From positions 103,655,894 to 103,719,893 of the forward strand of contig NC_068981.1 in assembly GCF_001194135.2 (NCBI RefSeq): a stretch of DNA of 64,000 nucleotides. The letters run 5' to 3'. The notes below the pieces were generated by a model. It did no database searches. It had not been told where the DNA came from and saw nothing but the letters and a program-made list of their open reading frames with translations. The number at the start of each line of letters is the position of its first letter. The first letter of the stretch is position 1. The DNA is from Octopus bimaculoides (taxonomy: Eukaryota). Positions 12,721 to 24,621 of the stretch are shown here, piece by piece. The position numbers were made by a program, and so were the translations under genes.

Positions 12721-12830
12721 TGGTTCTTTATTCAGATGATCTCCACAATGTTTGCAGAAACTCAACGTGCATCATTTGATATTGTTGAAGGAAAGTCAGA
12801 GCTTTACTAGCTGTTACAATCGTCATACAC
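12721..12830 (+). pseudogene. Decayed fragment resembling NADH dehydrogenase subunit 1 (ND1/NuoH); possible old NUMT
   Basis: Translates ISTMFAETQRASFDIVEGKSEL, then after a 1-nt frameshift TSCYN; ND1 signature is [26 protein letters not shown] (14 identities in 22 aa vs the human motif, from memory). Confidence 0.6.
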
Positions 12831-14248
12831 TGAGTACATTCTAACGATAAAAGTGAATATCGTTCAAAATACATATGCAGCGGGAAACCGTAATATAGCT
12901 GGAAGAACTGAAAACGTTTTTTGGTTAGTCATAATCAGTATGCATTGTATATAACATTACAAGAAGAGCTTGTAATAAGTGAATGTTATTCGACGAATGA
13001 GAACAGTAATCTTCAGTTCTAATTATTCATCTACGTTATTGTTATAGAAAGAAAACCAAGGTACGTTGAGGAGTTCTCTTCATGCCAGAAAAAAATGTAT
13101 GCTCTAAGAGAAGCTATAAATATGTTTGTGGAAATGGTGAGTGCTTTAGTGGTAATAGTAACAATTCTTATTACTATCCAGCATTTTGAGAGCCACAACT
13201 ACGGCTACTGCCAGGATCGAGAATTTTCAGGCCTGCATGCTTCGCTGCAGATGTTGCTAGATTCCTGATAAACCATCCCCAGTCAAATTCTCTTCTACAT
13301 TCTCTTCAAACGTTGTCTCTTTTATTGACCCCCAGAATAAACCTGGTTGAGGAGATCTGTGATGACGTCATCACTCGAAAATCCAGGATGTGTTCCTTAT
13401 AATTTGATTGGCCAGGTTATTGAAAACGTATTACTCAATTTGCAAGATCATGTTTATCTGTTTATGCACATTTTGTTTGTAAAGATAACAGTTGGGTTTA
13501 ACATTGAGGCAGAGATCTGCTACAAGTTCATATGATAAAACTTGACCGTGAAACAATTTAAGATCAACTTACGCAATGAGTATGATATAGTTAATGCCAA
13601 GTCATAAGAAATGTCTCATGCGTAATAGGTTTAGAAGGAATTCAAAGAAAACTCAAATATAAATTGACATATATGTCAATATGTGTGAATGCATGCATGT
13701 ATTTGGGTGTGTCTTTCACCTATGTATATCGGCAAAGTTCTGCAATAGAACAGTGGTTACGAATCAAGTTATGCAACCTCAAGTTAAAGACACTTCTTTT
13801 GTCAATCTCGCTGTTAGAGAACAGTGAGCGAGATGTTAGTTAGTCGGAAACCTCAATCAACGAGGATACTGGGCAGAAATTGTGATATAAGATAAATAAT
13901 AATATATATAAACTGAAGCACAAAAAATCTCCATAAGATTTGAACTTTCATAAGATCTGAACCTATGGTATATGAACTGCTAGGCGAATATGATGTTTGT
14001 TTGTCTATCGGCCATATCGTAAATGATTAGAGCGGAAGATAAAACAGCGAGAAAGAGTAGTATGTGTGTTTCTGCAGTGAATGAGAAGCTATGTAAAGAA
14101 AGAAGCAAAAAGATAAAGAGCGTGAGAGAACGAGCGACAGAAAGAGAGAGAAATGAATAGATATCACGTGATAGAGGGGTAGTATTCGTTGAAGGATATT
14201 ACTGAAGACATATCAGTCAAGGAAAGAAGGGAGAGAAAGAGAGAGAGG

Positions 14249-14292
<44 letters not shown>

Positions 14293-14775
14293 NNNNNNNN
14301 NNNNNNNNNNNNNNNNNNNNNNNNNNNNNNNNNNNNNNNNNNNNNNNNNNNNNNNNNNNNNNNNNNNNNNNNNNNNNNNNNNNNNNNNNNNNNNNNNNNN
14401 NNNNNNNNNNNNNNNNNNNNNNNNNNNNNNNNNNNNNNNNNNNNNNNNNNNNNNNNNNNNNNNNNNNNNNNNNNNNNNNNNNNNNNNNNNNNNNNNNNNN
14501 NNNNNNNNNNNNNNNNNNNNNNNNNNNNNNNNNNNNNNNNNNNNNNNNNNNNNNNNNNNNNNNNNNNNNNNNNNNNNNNNNNNNNNNNNNNNNNNNNNNN
14601 NNNNNNNNNNNNNNNNNNNNNNNNNNNNNNNNNNNNNNNNNNNNNNNNNNNNNNNNNNNNNNNNNNNNNNNNNNNNNNNNNNNNNNNNNNNNNNNNNNNN
14701 NNNNNNNNNNNNNNNNNNNNNNNNNNNNNNNNNNNNNNNNNNNNNNNNNNNNNNNNNNNNNNNNNNNNNNNNNNN

Positions 14776-14841
14776 AAGAAGAAGAAGAAGAAGAAGAAGA
14801 AGAAGAAGAAGAAGAAGAAGAAGAAGAAGAAGAAGAAGAAG

Positions 14842-14871
<30 letters not shown>
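14776..14871. repeat. (AAG)n microsatellite next to a gap; (GA)n on the other side of the gap (14255-14292)
   Basis: Direct repeat runs. Confidence 0.95.
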
Positions 14872-14872
<1 letters not shown>

Positions 14873-15125
14873 GTTAGTATATGAAGGTAAAATTGCTTGA
14901 GGAAGAGAGAAAAAAAAAGAGAGAAACCAAGGGAGGTTATCAGAGTGAAAAAGAAAGAAGTGAGAGAAATAGAGTTTTGTTTTGTTTATTTATTCACTAA
15001 ATCTAAATCAAAATCTTAATAATTTTCGGAAACATTTGATCTTGGTATTTTTTTCCTTTCATGTTCCTGCCTTAATTATCTACCTTACGATTTACAATTC
15101 TACTGGCCTGGTTGACTTCTCGTAG

Positions 15126-15170
15126 GAAACGGACACGATTTCGGAGAACGGATTTGGAGCGCAGTGGATT
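15126..15170 (+). CDS. Candidate 45-nt internal exon of an unidentified gene
   Basis: ttgacttctcgtag acceptor, GTAAGT donor, about 50% GC in an AT-rich background, open in all frames (phase 0: ETDTISENGFGAQWI). Confidence 0.3.
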
Positions 15171-15530
15171 GTAAGTCGTCATGCGTGAAAGCTAGGATAT
15201 TCACTTGGGTTATGAATTCGGCGTTTCTATTCGCTAAATACCCAAGATATAACGACTGGCATTATGTATATGTGTGTAAATAAATAAATGTATGTATGTA
15301 TGTATGCATGTATGTACGTGCGTGTGTTTTTTTTTAGTCTAGTCAACAAATGAGGTATTTTGCTGATTGACAAACTCATTTTCTGATTCATTTGATATAT
15401 GTATAATGGTTCGTGTGAGTGCATCATCCTCAAGAAATTTTACATCCTCAGCTACATACTTGCATACAAACATATATACATACATGCATACATCCATACA
15501 TTCATATTTATCCATCTATCTATCTATCCC

Positions 15531-15601
15531 CTTCTTCTTCTTTTTCTTCTTCTTCTTCTTCTTCTTCTTCTTCTTCTTCTTCTTCTTCTTCTTCTTCTTC
15601 T
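15531..15601. repeat. (TTC)n microsatellite
   Basis: Direct run. Confidence 0.95.
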
Positions 15602-15829
15602 CTCAATCTATCCATCTGTCTGTCTGTCTATCTGACAGTGTTAATCTCTCTCTATCTCTCTCTCTCTCTCTCTCCCTCTCNNNNNNNNNNNNNNNNNNNN
15701 NNNNNNNNNNNNNNNNNNNNNNNNNNNNNNNNNTCTATCTATCCATCATTCCATCTAGATATTCAGCGCAGTATCTCCTCAACGCTTTTGATAAAGCTGC
15801 CGCGTATCTCCTAATGTAGCACCCATGTC

Positions 15830-17520
15830 AGCATGAATGTTCTTGAGGGCTAAAGCCTTTTCCTGCAGACCACCAGATAACAAAGTGAGGTACCCTGTCA
15901 AAGATTTTCGACGAATTCTAAGATAGGGATCCTACTCTGTCTGAGTACTTCTCTTGTAGTTATAAGGAATATGGATCAGTAGCATCATTCCCACGTACAA
16001 ACCTTAATGCATCTCATCAAGGTTAATCCTTTACTTCATCAGTTTTCAAGTAACTCTTTCTGTAACTTTCATAATCTAATCCAACAATTTGATGCTTTTG
16101 TATTTTCTTACTTTGTCCTTATTGCATTTTACTATCAAACAAAAGCGCCAATCACTGGTTATGACACCTTCTGTACTACTTGATGGACTCTGCGGGTGTT
16201 TCGAATATTTTAAACATTTCAATGGTAATTTTTAATGGACGGACTAGGTACATTCCCTAACTTCGCTCTGACTATAATGTTGTCAATATGAATGGTTGGT
16301 CTCTCTGTTGATCGATCATCTTGAAATGCATATTCTATAATTAACAATACTGATAATATCAGTTCCATAACTCTTTCTTTTTTATCATTATTATTAATAT
16401 GCCTCTATTATTATCAATACATATCTCCCCAATGACATCACGATTAACTCTGGCACACTGTCTTTCAATCTAAAATATTTCACTCCTTTGGTCCAAACGT
16501 CGCAGAACATTTACAAATCATTCTACTTTTCCCCCTAGTTAAATATATTTGACGCCGAGCTTCTCTTCTAGCTATTGGTAATTCTCTCTGCTTTTCCCAT
16601 TTTCTCCAATCTTTCCAATCCTATCTCTTAACTATTATGGCTCTAACTACTCGTCATTTCACCATCACAACACTTTTGGTCTGGCTGGAACTTTTTATCA
16701 ACTACACATTTGATATAGATAAGCATTGGACGCTTATCTTGGGAAATCTCCCAGTTGTCTTCTACCTAATAAGTTTTAATCTCTTCACTGCAGAAATAAG
16801 CGTCATTTATGGTTCTCTGGATCTACAAACTACCGGGAGTTTTTCTTAGCTTTCTAGTCCCCTTTCTCTAGGTTGTCTGTTGTCAAAGTCTGTCTAGTTA
16901 ATCACTAATCAATGTTGTCAATCAGAGATCTATGCTGGGTGATGCATTGCTTACTTAGAATTGCTTTAGCATTCCTACTGATCTGCATATCCTGTTTCCG
17001 GGCGAAAATAAGAACTATCGAAATTGTGTGCTCCCATGATAGGTGATTGGTCAAGTAGTTAGCTTGTCTCTTGGAGTTTATACTGTACATAATTTAATCC
17101 TTTGCGTCACAGAATTCTAGGAGCCTTGATTCCTCTTTATTTCACAAACCATAACCAGAAAGGTCCTCATGGAGTTGTCCAACATATCCATTAATATCAT
17201 CATCTGTAATGGTGGAGTCAAAAGTAATCGCAATCCACAGTCCACAGAAGGATTTGTATAAAAGTGGTCCTGATGATCATCTGACAGTCCTGGATGTGGT
17301 GCATAAGTAAATACAAATATTACTGTTGAATTGTCTACAACAATCTTAAGTTTCATAATCCTGTCGCTCGCTGTGACTACCTTACTTACTTTATCTGTCC
17401 ATTTCATTGTTAGAAATATGCCTATTCCGCTTATCTTACCGCTGTTTCTCGCCCAGGTGCATTTTTATTTCTGTTCCTTGCCTGTGAAGATTTTAATTGT
17501 GGATCCTCTCCAACTTATTT
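15830..17520 (-). mobile_element. Decayed RTE-clade LINE (APE endonuclease through the start of RT)
   Basis: KVSKVVTASDRIMKLKIVVDNSTVIFVFTYAPHPGLSDDHQDHFY (APE, SDR..YAP motif) at 17117-17407; RT-like LQEKY and KIFDRVP near 15890-15965; many stops. Confidence 0.8.
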
Positions 17521-17679
17521 CTTGTACATAGTAAGTCACTTACTAATGATCAAACAACTATCTTACACAGTTACATATTTCACCTTTTATTTGTTGGTTT
17601 ATTTAACCACCAACACACCAACGATTCTCCACATAAATCATTATTATTGCTATTATGCTATTATTATTTACATTGAGAT

Positions 17680-18052
17680 AAGGCGGCAAGCTAGCAGAAT
17701 CGTTACCGCACCGGATAAAATGTTTAGCGATATCTCCTCTGTCTTTATGTTCTGAGCTCAAATCCCGCCGAGATCGACTTTGCCTTTTTATCCTTTCGGT
17801 ATCGATAAAATAAGTACCAGTTGAGTACTGGGATTGATGTAATCGACTACCCTGCCTCCCCGTAAATTTGAGGCCTCATGCTTATAGCAAAAAGGATTAT
17901 TAACATTCAGATAAGGCAGCAAGCTGGCAGAATCGTTACCGCGCCGGACAAAATGTTTAGCGGTATCTCGTCCGTCCTTACATTCTGAGTTCAAACTCCA
18001 CCATGGTCGACTTTGCCTTTTATACATTCGGGGTCGATAAAATAAGTACCAG
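17680..18052 (+). mobile_element. Head-to-tail pair of family B SINEs
   Basis: Unit ggcggcaagctagcagaatcgttaccgc...gtcgactttgccttttatcctttcgg..tcgataaaataagtaccag repeated at about 17682 and 17915, separated by attatta. Confidence 0.9.
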
Positions 18053-18179
18053 AAAAGATTATTAACATTGTGAGTTAGCCCTAATCACCGGTAGACGTGA
18101 TAGCTTAGGTTATACGTTACTAGTAACATGCGTACGAGATGTGTGGATGTGAAAACAAAATCTGCTTTGGCAGTTTCAG

Positions 18180-18333
18180 GATGAAGTTGACACCAAACTA
18201 GTTACTGAAAGAGCGAATCAATGTGGATATACAGGTAGAGCAGTTGGAGTTGGCATAACAGACACACGCAGTAAGCATGAATTTCTAAAGTATCACGACG
18301 GCTGGGTAGAGAGAAAGAAAGTGAGACAAGGCG
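18180..18333 (+). CDS. Candidate 154-nt internal exon of an unidentified gene
   Basis: ctgctttggcagtttcag acceptor, GTAAGT donor at 18334; only phase 0 is open: DEVDTKLVTERANQCGYTGRAVGVGITDTRSKHEFLKYHDGWVERKKVRQG; in-frame stop just upstream of the acceptor. Confidence 0.4.
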
Positions 18334-18705
18334 GTAAGTTTCAACTAGCAATGCCTTGTGTATATGTGCGTGTTTGTATGTATGCATATATATATATATA
18401 TATATACACACGCACATATATTATATTTGTGTGTGTGTGTGTATGTGTGATTACATATATTAGTTAACATACGATGAGAGAGAAACTCACAATGCTTCGA
18501 TCCGAATGATCAGAAGTGGTTTTCTCCCTTTTGTGACACAAACAAATGTGATTCGATTGCAAACGAATATAAACTATGAAACATGTTGAGAAGTCTTTTC
18601 TTTTATTTCTACATCTACCCCGCTCTCTCTCTCTCTCTCCCTCTCTCATTCTCTCTTTCACTCTCTCCCTCTCATACAATTCTCTCTCTCACACACTCAC
18701 ACACG

Positions 18706-18741
<36 letters not shown>

Positions 18742-18958
18742 TCTCTCTCTCACGCACACACACACACCTCTCTCTATTTCACATCCTCTCACTCTTTCAT
18801 CCTCCCCACACGCATCACAACCACCAACCCGCTGCTACCACTAATATACTTAACCTAACTGTCTATACTGCATTTTCTTTTTCTCTCGGCGTTATTCGTC
18901 ATTAGATCATTCCCTTCCCTCCTCCCATCTCCTTTCTCTCTATCTCACTCTCTTTTCG

Positions 18959-18989
<31 letters not shown>

Positions 18990-19126
18990 CTTTGTTTTGT
19001 ACATGTGTGGGTGAGTGAGTGTGGGTGTGTATATATATATATATGAGTGTGTGTATGCATCTATATATGCTTCTCTATCTCATCATCTAAATTTATTCAG
19101 TGGTGCCCATCTTTCCATCAACCCCC

Positions 19127-19159
<33 letters not shown>

Positions 19160-19174
19160 GTCTTTGTCTCTCTG

Positions 19175-19259
<85 letters not shown>

Positions 19260-19764
19260 CTCTCTTTGTTATTTGTTCATACCCAACTTCTTATAATTTA
19301 ATCAGTTATAACCCTGAGTTGATATGTCGCCCTTATCAATAAACGAGATAACCATCCTTTCTGTCGTACATTCAACAGTTGGTAGGTACATACTGCAGAG
19401 TTATTTTCTCTCTTTTATCTGAGGTCATGCTGAACTGGTTAGGGTTTCTCAGTGATAACGAAATAATAATATTAAAAATACACACACACACACATACACA
19501 CTTGTATACAGACACACACAAAAAAAAAGAAAGGTAAGACAAATAAGCAACACACCGATAAAAGCAGACGACATTGCGCGTGCAACGTACTTCCACAGAC
19601 GACCCACCAGATATGGCTTTTAAATAGGAAGAACGTGCAAAGGTTGTAAACAACAAGAATAACTCTAACTTCAGCAATAATAACCTAATAAGATAATTAT
19701 TATTACGAATACATGTGTAGCCTGTTTTGGACCCGATTCTTTCTCTCCTTTTAATGTAATTGTT

Positions 19765-20205
19765 TTTGGCAGAAACGTTAGCGCGTCGTATAAAATAATT
19801 ACCGTCATTTTTCCGCTTTTTTTTAAATATATATTTTACCTTCTATGTACATATTCTGCCGAGGTTAACTTTGCTTTTTATCCTTTCGGATTCGATAAAA
19901 TAAGCACCAGTTGGACGCTGTGGTCGATGTAACGGGCTTACACCTCCCTTAAAATAACTGGCCCTATGCCAAAATTTGAAACCATTATAACTGTTACCTG
20001 TAGCGTTGTTAACGCACCGAACAAAATGCTTAGCCATATTTCTTTCAGTTCTTTACGTTCTGAGTTGAAATCCCGCTGAGGTGAACTTTGCTTTTCATCC
20101 TTTCAAGGGCGATAGAAATAAGTACCAGTTCGTCTCTGGGGACGATGTAATCAATCCTAGTGTGATCCCCTTATAATTTGCAGGCTTTGCACCAAAATTA
20201 AAAAG
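19765..20205 (+). mobile_element. Two tandem decayed family B SINEs
   Basis: ccgaggttaactttgctttttatcctttcgg and ctgaggtgaactttgcttttcatcctttc central motifs, with gcaccaaaatt-type tails. Confidence 0.8.
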
Positions 20206-20309
20206 TGCAAACTCCTCCCGGTATTGTATTGCATCAGTTTGTTTGTTTGTTTTTTTGTTATGAGGTTCCGTTGCAGTCTTTTGTTGAATTAGTGTTTGTA
20301 CTGTGAGTG

Positions 20310-21353
20310 GTGTGCGTTGTGTGCATAGTCTGTTTTCTTTCTCAATTAAGACTATGTCCGGTTTCCTATTCTCTATCTCATGGTCGCACTGAATCATAAA
20401 ATCCCATAGGATCTTTGCATTTCCATTTTCGACGATGCCTTCAGGTTTGTGGTTGTACCAATTTTTTGCTCTGTCAAGTCCATACTTGTTGCAAAGTGTC
20501 CAATGGACAAGCCTGGCTATATTGTCGTGGCATCTCTAATATTCCTTCTGGGCTAGTGGCGTACATTGGCCGGTAATATGCCATACGGTTTCACCGTTTT
20601 GTCCACAGATTCTACACTTATCACTTTCTGCTGTGTTGCCTATTCTGTATTTTATGTAGTTTGTTCTTAGTGCTTGCTCTTGGGCAGCACAGATTAGGAC
20701 CCCCGTTTCCGGTTTTAAATCACTTTTAGTCATCCACAGCCATCTTTTTTCTCTGTCTTATCTTCAACATCCCTATGAAATTGACTATGCATTCTTTTCT
20801 TTACCCACCTATTTTCAGTTTCATTCGTTTTCAATTTCTTGTATAATGCTTTATCTTTGCAATCTTTCATCCTACACGAGCCTGACCTTCTTACTTCTAA
20901 TAATAGCATTCTGTGGCATTTTTTACGTACCATGCTATGTTGTTCTCTTCTGCTCTAATGCTATGTTCGCATCCAATAAGTCCTCTTCCCCCTCTTTTTC
21001 TTGGTACGTACAGTCTGCCTGTGTCACTTTTTGGGTGGAGTGACCCATATCTAGTTAGCAACTTCCTTGTCTTTCTGTCTAAGCTGTTTAGTTCGTCTAC
21101 TATCCATGCGATTACCCCTGCTCCATATTTAAGTGAAACCACCCAGGTGCTGATAGCTTCGATCTTATTCCGTCCGTTGAATTTCGACTTACGGATCAGT
21201 CTCAGTCTGCGCAAGTACTCCACCTTAAATTTTTCTGTCATTTCTTTCTCCATCAATTTATCCATTTCCAAAATCCCAAAGTGCTTACAGCCCGTCTCTT
21301 CTATCTACTTCACAACCTCCCCCGACGGTATCGTTAGGCCATCCATACATTTG
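20310..21353 (-). mobile_element. Dong/R4-like RLE non-LTR retrotransposon fragment (family 2)
   Basis: RT thumb KYGAGVIAWIVDELNSLDRKTRKLL..HPKSD..RLYVPRKRGGRGL; AAQEQALRTN..KCRICGQNGETVWHITGQC..LAQKEY (CCHC); RKPDIV (RLE PD motif); frameshifted; 5' end abuts (AAT)n. Confidence 0.9.

Positions 21354-21417
<64 letters not shown>
21354..21417. repeat. (ATT)n microsatellite
   Basis: Direct run at the LINE 5' junction. Confidence 0.97.
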
Positions 21418-21421
<4 letters not shown>

Positions 21422-22898
21422 TATCTATTTTCCTTTATATCATTGTTAGATCCTTTCTTGGACATTTGGACTCTCGCAAGTAACTTTCCTCCTCTGTGTG
21501 ATTCAAACACAAAAGTGTGGCCTAAAATGAAGTATTGGTCAATTTAAATAGTGATGTTGATATTGTTACCTTATTCTTTTACAAATACCAACAGAAGGAA
21601 AACAAAAGAATCCCCATCTGTTACGTCGACATTTAGTCAACTGTTCGATCAACTGAACTAGCTTCCCTTTGAATTAGCATGTAGGTGGCCGAGTATTCCA
21701 CAGGCACGGGTATACTTAAACAAGAACCTGCGTGACTCTGTGCTTGTCAACGATATACAATCTGTCTGACATGCTTCCGTGTTGTTTCGGCCTAATAAGG
21801 TAAACAATGGAATCGGACCTAGGAACTCGTGATTATGAAGCAATTTTCTTAACGAATCTATCATACCAAGCTACTTACAGAAGTAAACTCTATTGCGACG
21901 ATTCTGAAGATGGGGCCTTTGTGTTGTGATTTAAGGAAGAAATGCTTATAGCCGAATGGTTAAAACGTCCACTTCGCAATCATGCGGCCATGTGTTCGCC
22001 CCTACTGAAAGACATCTTAGGCAAGGGCCTTTTATCATAGCGGTGGTTATATTTCAGCCTTGTGAGTGAAATTTATCCTACATATGGAAATCGATTCTTT
22101 TTCTTTTCCCTACACCCAAAGTAGGATCTTGAAGTGGGATCTGCAATGTATAGAAATGATGGTCAAGTTTAAAGATCTACAACTTCTCAAACTAAAGAAT
22201 TATGCCGTTCTAATGTTCCCTGATACTGTTTAGTGAACAAAATGGTTGACAATTATGAAGCTTTGCCATAAAAACACCACATATGAAGGGAATATGAATT
22301 AGAACCAGCGATGGCTCCGAAACTAAATACAGCAGCGATCAGCATATTCAGGTTCGAATATGCCAGAATGTATTTAAAATGAATAGGTTTGTTATTCTTT
22401 GGATTCTCACTGTTCTGCATGCACTTCATGAATTATTGTTAGGTCTTTTCAAAACAGAAATATTAATCAGCGGGAATCAACTATGATAGTCAGGCTTTCC
22501 AAGTAACATTAATGCCTGAAGGGAAATGAAATAGATTTACCCAGAAACAAAACAATACATAATTAGCATGTTAAAATCCAGTCATACAAATGTATGTATG
22601 CATGAAACATTGATATATACCCCGTGGATATATATATATATATATATATATATCACCCAGAAAATATAATGAACAGTTGAGGTTGCGACGTAAGTGTGTA
22701 GAGTGAAAAAATAGACAAGGAGATACATACATACATACATACACGCACGCGCGCGCGCACATACACTTACACTTCATTGAAATGGCTCCGAGAAACCTAT
22801 AAGATATTACACCTGAATCCAGCTCTTACAGCAGGAGCAACTATATACTAGTGAAAGTAATTGTACGCCTACACCCTTCTTTCATTTTTTAAATACTT

Positions 22899-22983
<85 letters not shown>

Positions 22984-23011
22984 AGAGAGGGGGGAGAGAG
23001 AAAGGTGAGGT

Positions 23012-23085
23012 GCAATTATGCCGATAAACAAATTAAATACATTAAATATATCTAATGTATGTAATTTGTTTATCCGCATAATTGC
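23012..23085. other. 74-nt hairpin: 33-bp arms (31/33 paired), 8-nt loop
   Basis: gcaattatgccgataaacaaattaaatacatta-aatatatc-taatgtatgtaatttgtttatccgcataattgc. Confidence 0.9.
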
Positions 23086-23366
23086 CTCTACATCCATACA
23101 TCCACCCAACTTGATCCCTCTTACAGCCATTCTTTACTTTGCAGAATCGATACTGTGTAAAGACATTGGAGCCTAAGTTTGAATCTTTTGAGCACTACTG
23201 AGTGTCTTCTATACTAAAAATCTCTGGATTCAATGTGTGGAATATATATATATATATAATTCCAAGAGATTTAGAGGTTGTGAATCCAACCAACTAAGGG
23301 ATAATATTTATCCAAGTCTAAAAGTTGATGAATACCACATCTTGATCCCCTCCATTTTCTTATTGC

Positions 23367-23402
<36 letters not shown>

Positions 23403-24307
23403 NNNNNNNNNNNNNNNNNNNNNNNNNNNNNNNNNNNNNNNNNNNNNNNNNNNNNNNNNNNNNNNNNNNNNNNNNNNNNNNNNNNNNNNNNNNNNNNNNN
23501 NNNNNNNNNNNNNNNNNNNNNNNNNNNNNNNNNNNNNNNNNNNNNNNNNNNNNNNNNNNNNNNNNNNNNNNNNNNNNNNNNNNNNNNNNNNNNNNNNNNN
23601 NNNNNNNNNNNNNNNNNNNNNNNNNNNNNNNNNNNNNNNNNNNNNNNNNNNNNNNNNNNNNNNNNNNNNNNNNNNNNNNNNNNNNNNNNNNNNNNNNNNN
23701 NNNNNNNNNNNNNNNNNNNNNNNNNNNNNNNNNNNNNNNNNNNNNNNNNNNNNNNNNNNNNNNNNNNNNNNNNNNNNNNNNNNNNNNNNNNNNNNNNNNN
23801 NNNNNNNNNNNNNNNNNNNNNNNNNNNNNNNNNNNNNNNNNNNNNNNNNNNNNNNNNNNNNNNNNNNNNNNNNNNNNNNNNNNNNNNNNNNNNNNNNNNN
23901 NNNNNNNNNNNNNNNNNNNNNNNNNNNNNNNNNNNNNNNNNNNNNNNNNNNNNNNNNNNNNNNNNNNNNNNNNNNNNNNNNNNNNNNNNNNNNNNNNNNN
24001 NNNNNNNNNNNNNNNNNNNNNNNNNNNNNNNNNNNNNNNNNNNNNNNNNNNNNNNNNNNNNNNNNNNNNNNNNNNNNNNNNNNNNNNNNNNNNNNNNNNN
24101 NNNNNNNNNNNNNNNNNNNNNNNNNNNNNNNNNNNNNNNNNNNNNNNNNNNNNNNNNNNNNNNNNNNNNNNNNNNNNNNNNNNNNNNNNNNNNNNNNNNN
24201 NNNNNNNNNNNNNNNNNNNNNNNNNNNNNNNNNNNNNNNNNNNNNNNNNNNNNNNNNNNNNNNNNNNNNNNNNNNNNNNNNNNNNNNNNNNNNNNNNNNN
24301 NNNNNNN

Positions 24308-24359
<52 letters not shown>

Positions 24360-24558
24360 CTGTGTTTGTTCCCCACTAACACTTGACAACCGATGTTGGA
24401 AAGCTTACGTCCCTGTAACTTAGCGGTTCGGCAAAACAGACCGATAGAATAAGTACTAGGTTTACAAAGAATAAGTCCTGCGGTCGATTTGCTCGACTAA
24501 AGGCGGTACTATAGCATGGCCGCAGTCAAAATGACTGAAGTAAGTAAAAGAATAAAAG
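24308..24558 (+). mobile_element. Family A SINE 3' half (5' part probably in the gap)
   Basis: ttgacaaccgatgttgg...gtaacttagcggttcggcaaaacagaccgatagaataagtactagg...catggccgcagtcaaaatgactgaag. Confidence 0.9.
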
Positions 24559-24583
24559 AATATATATGTGTGGGTGTGTGTAT

Positions 24584-24621
<38 letters not shown>

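Noticed and set aside
22490-22515. Strong minus-strand acceptor followed by GINVTWKA* (possible last exon)
   Set aside because: Only 8 codons; no link to upstream exons or a polyA signal established.
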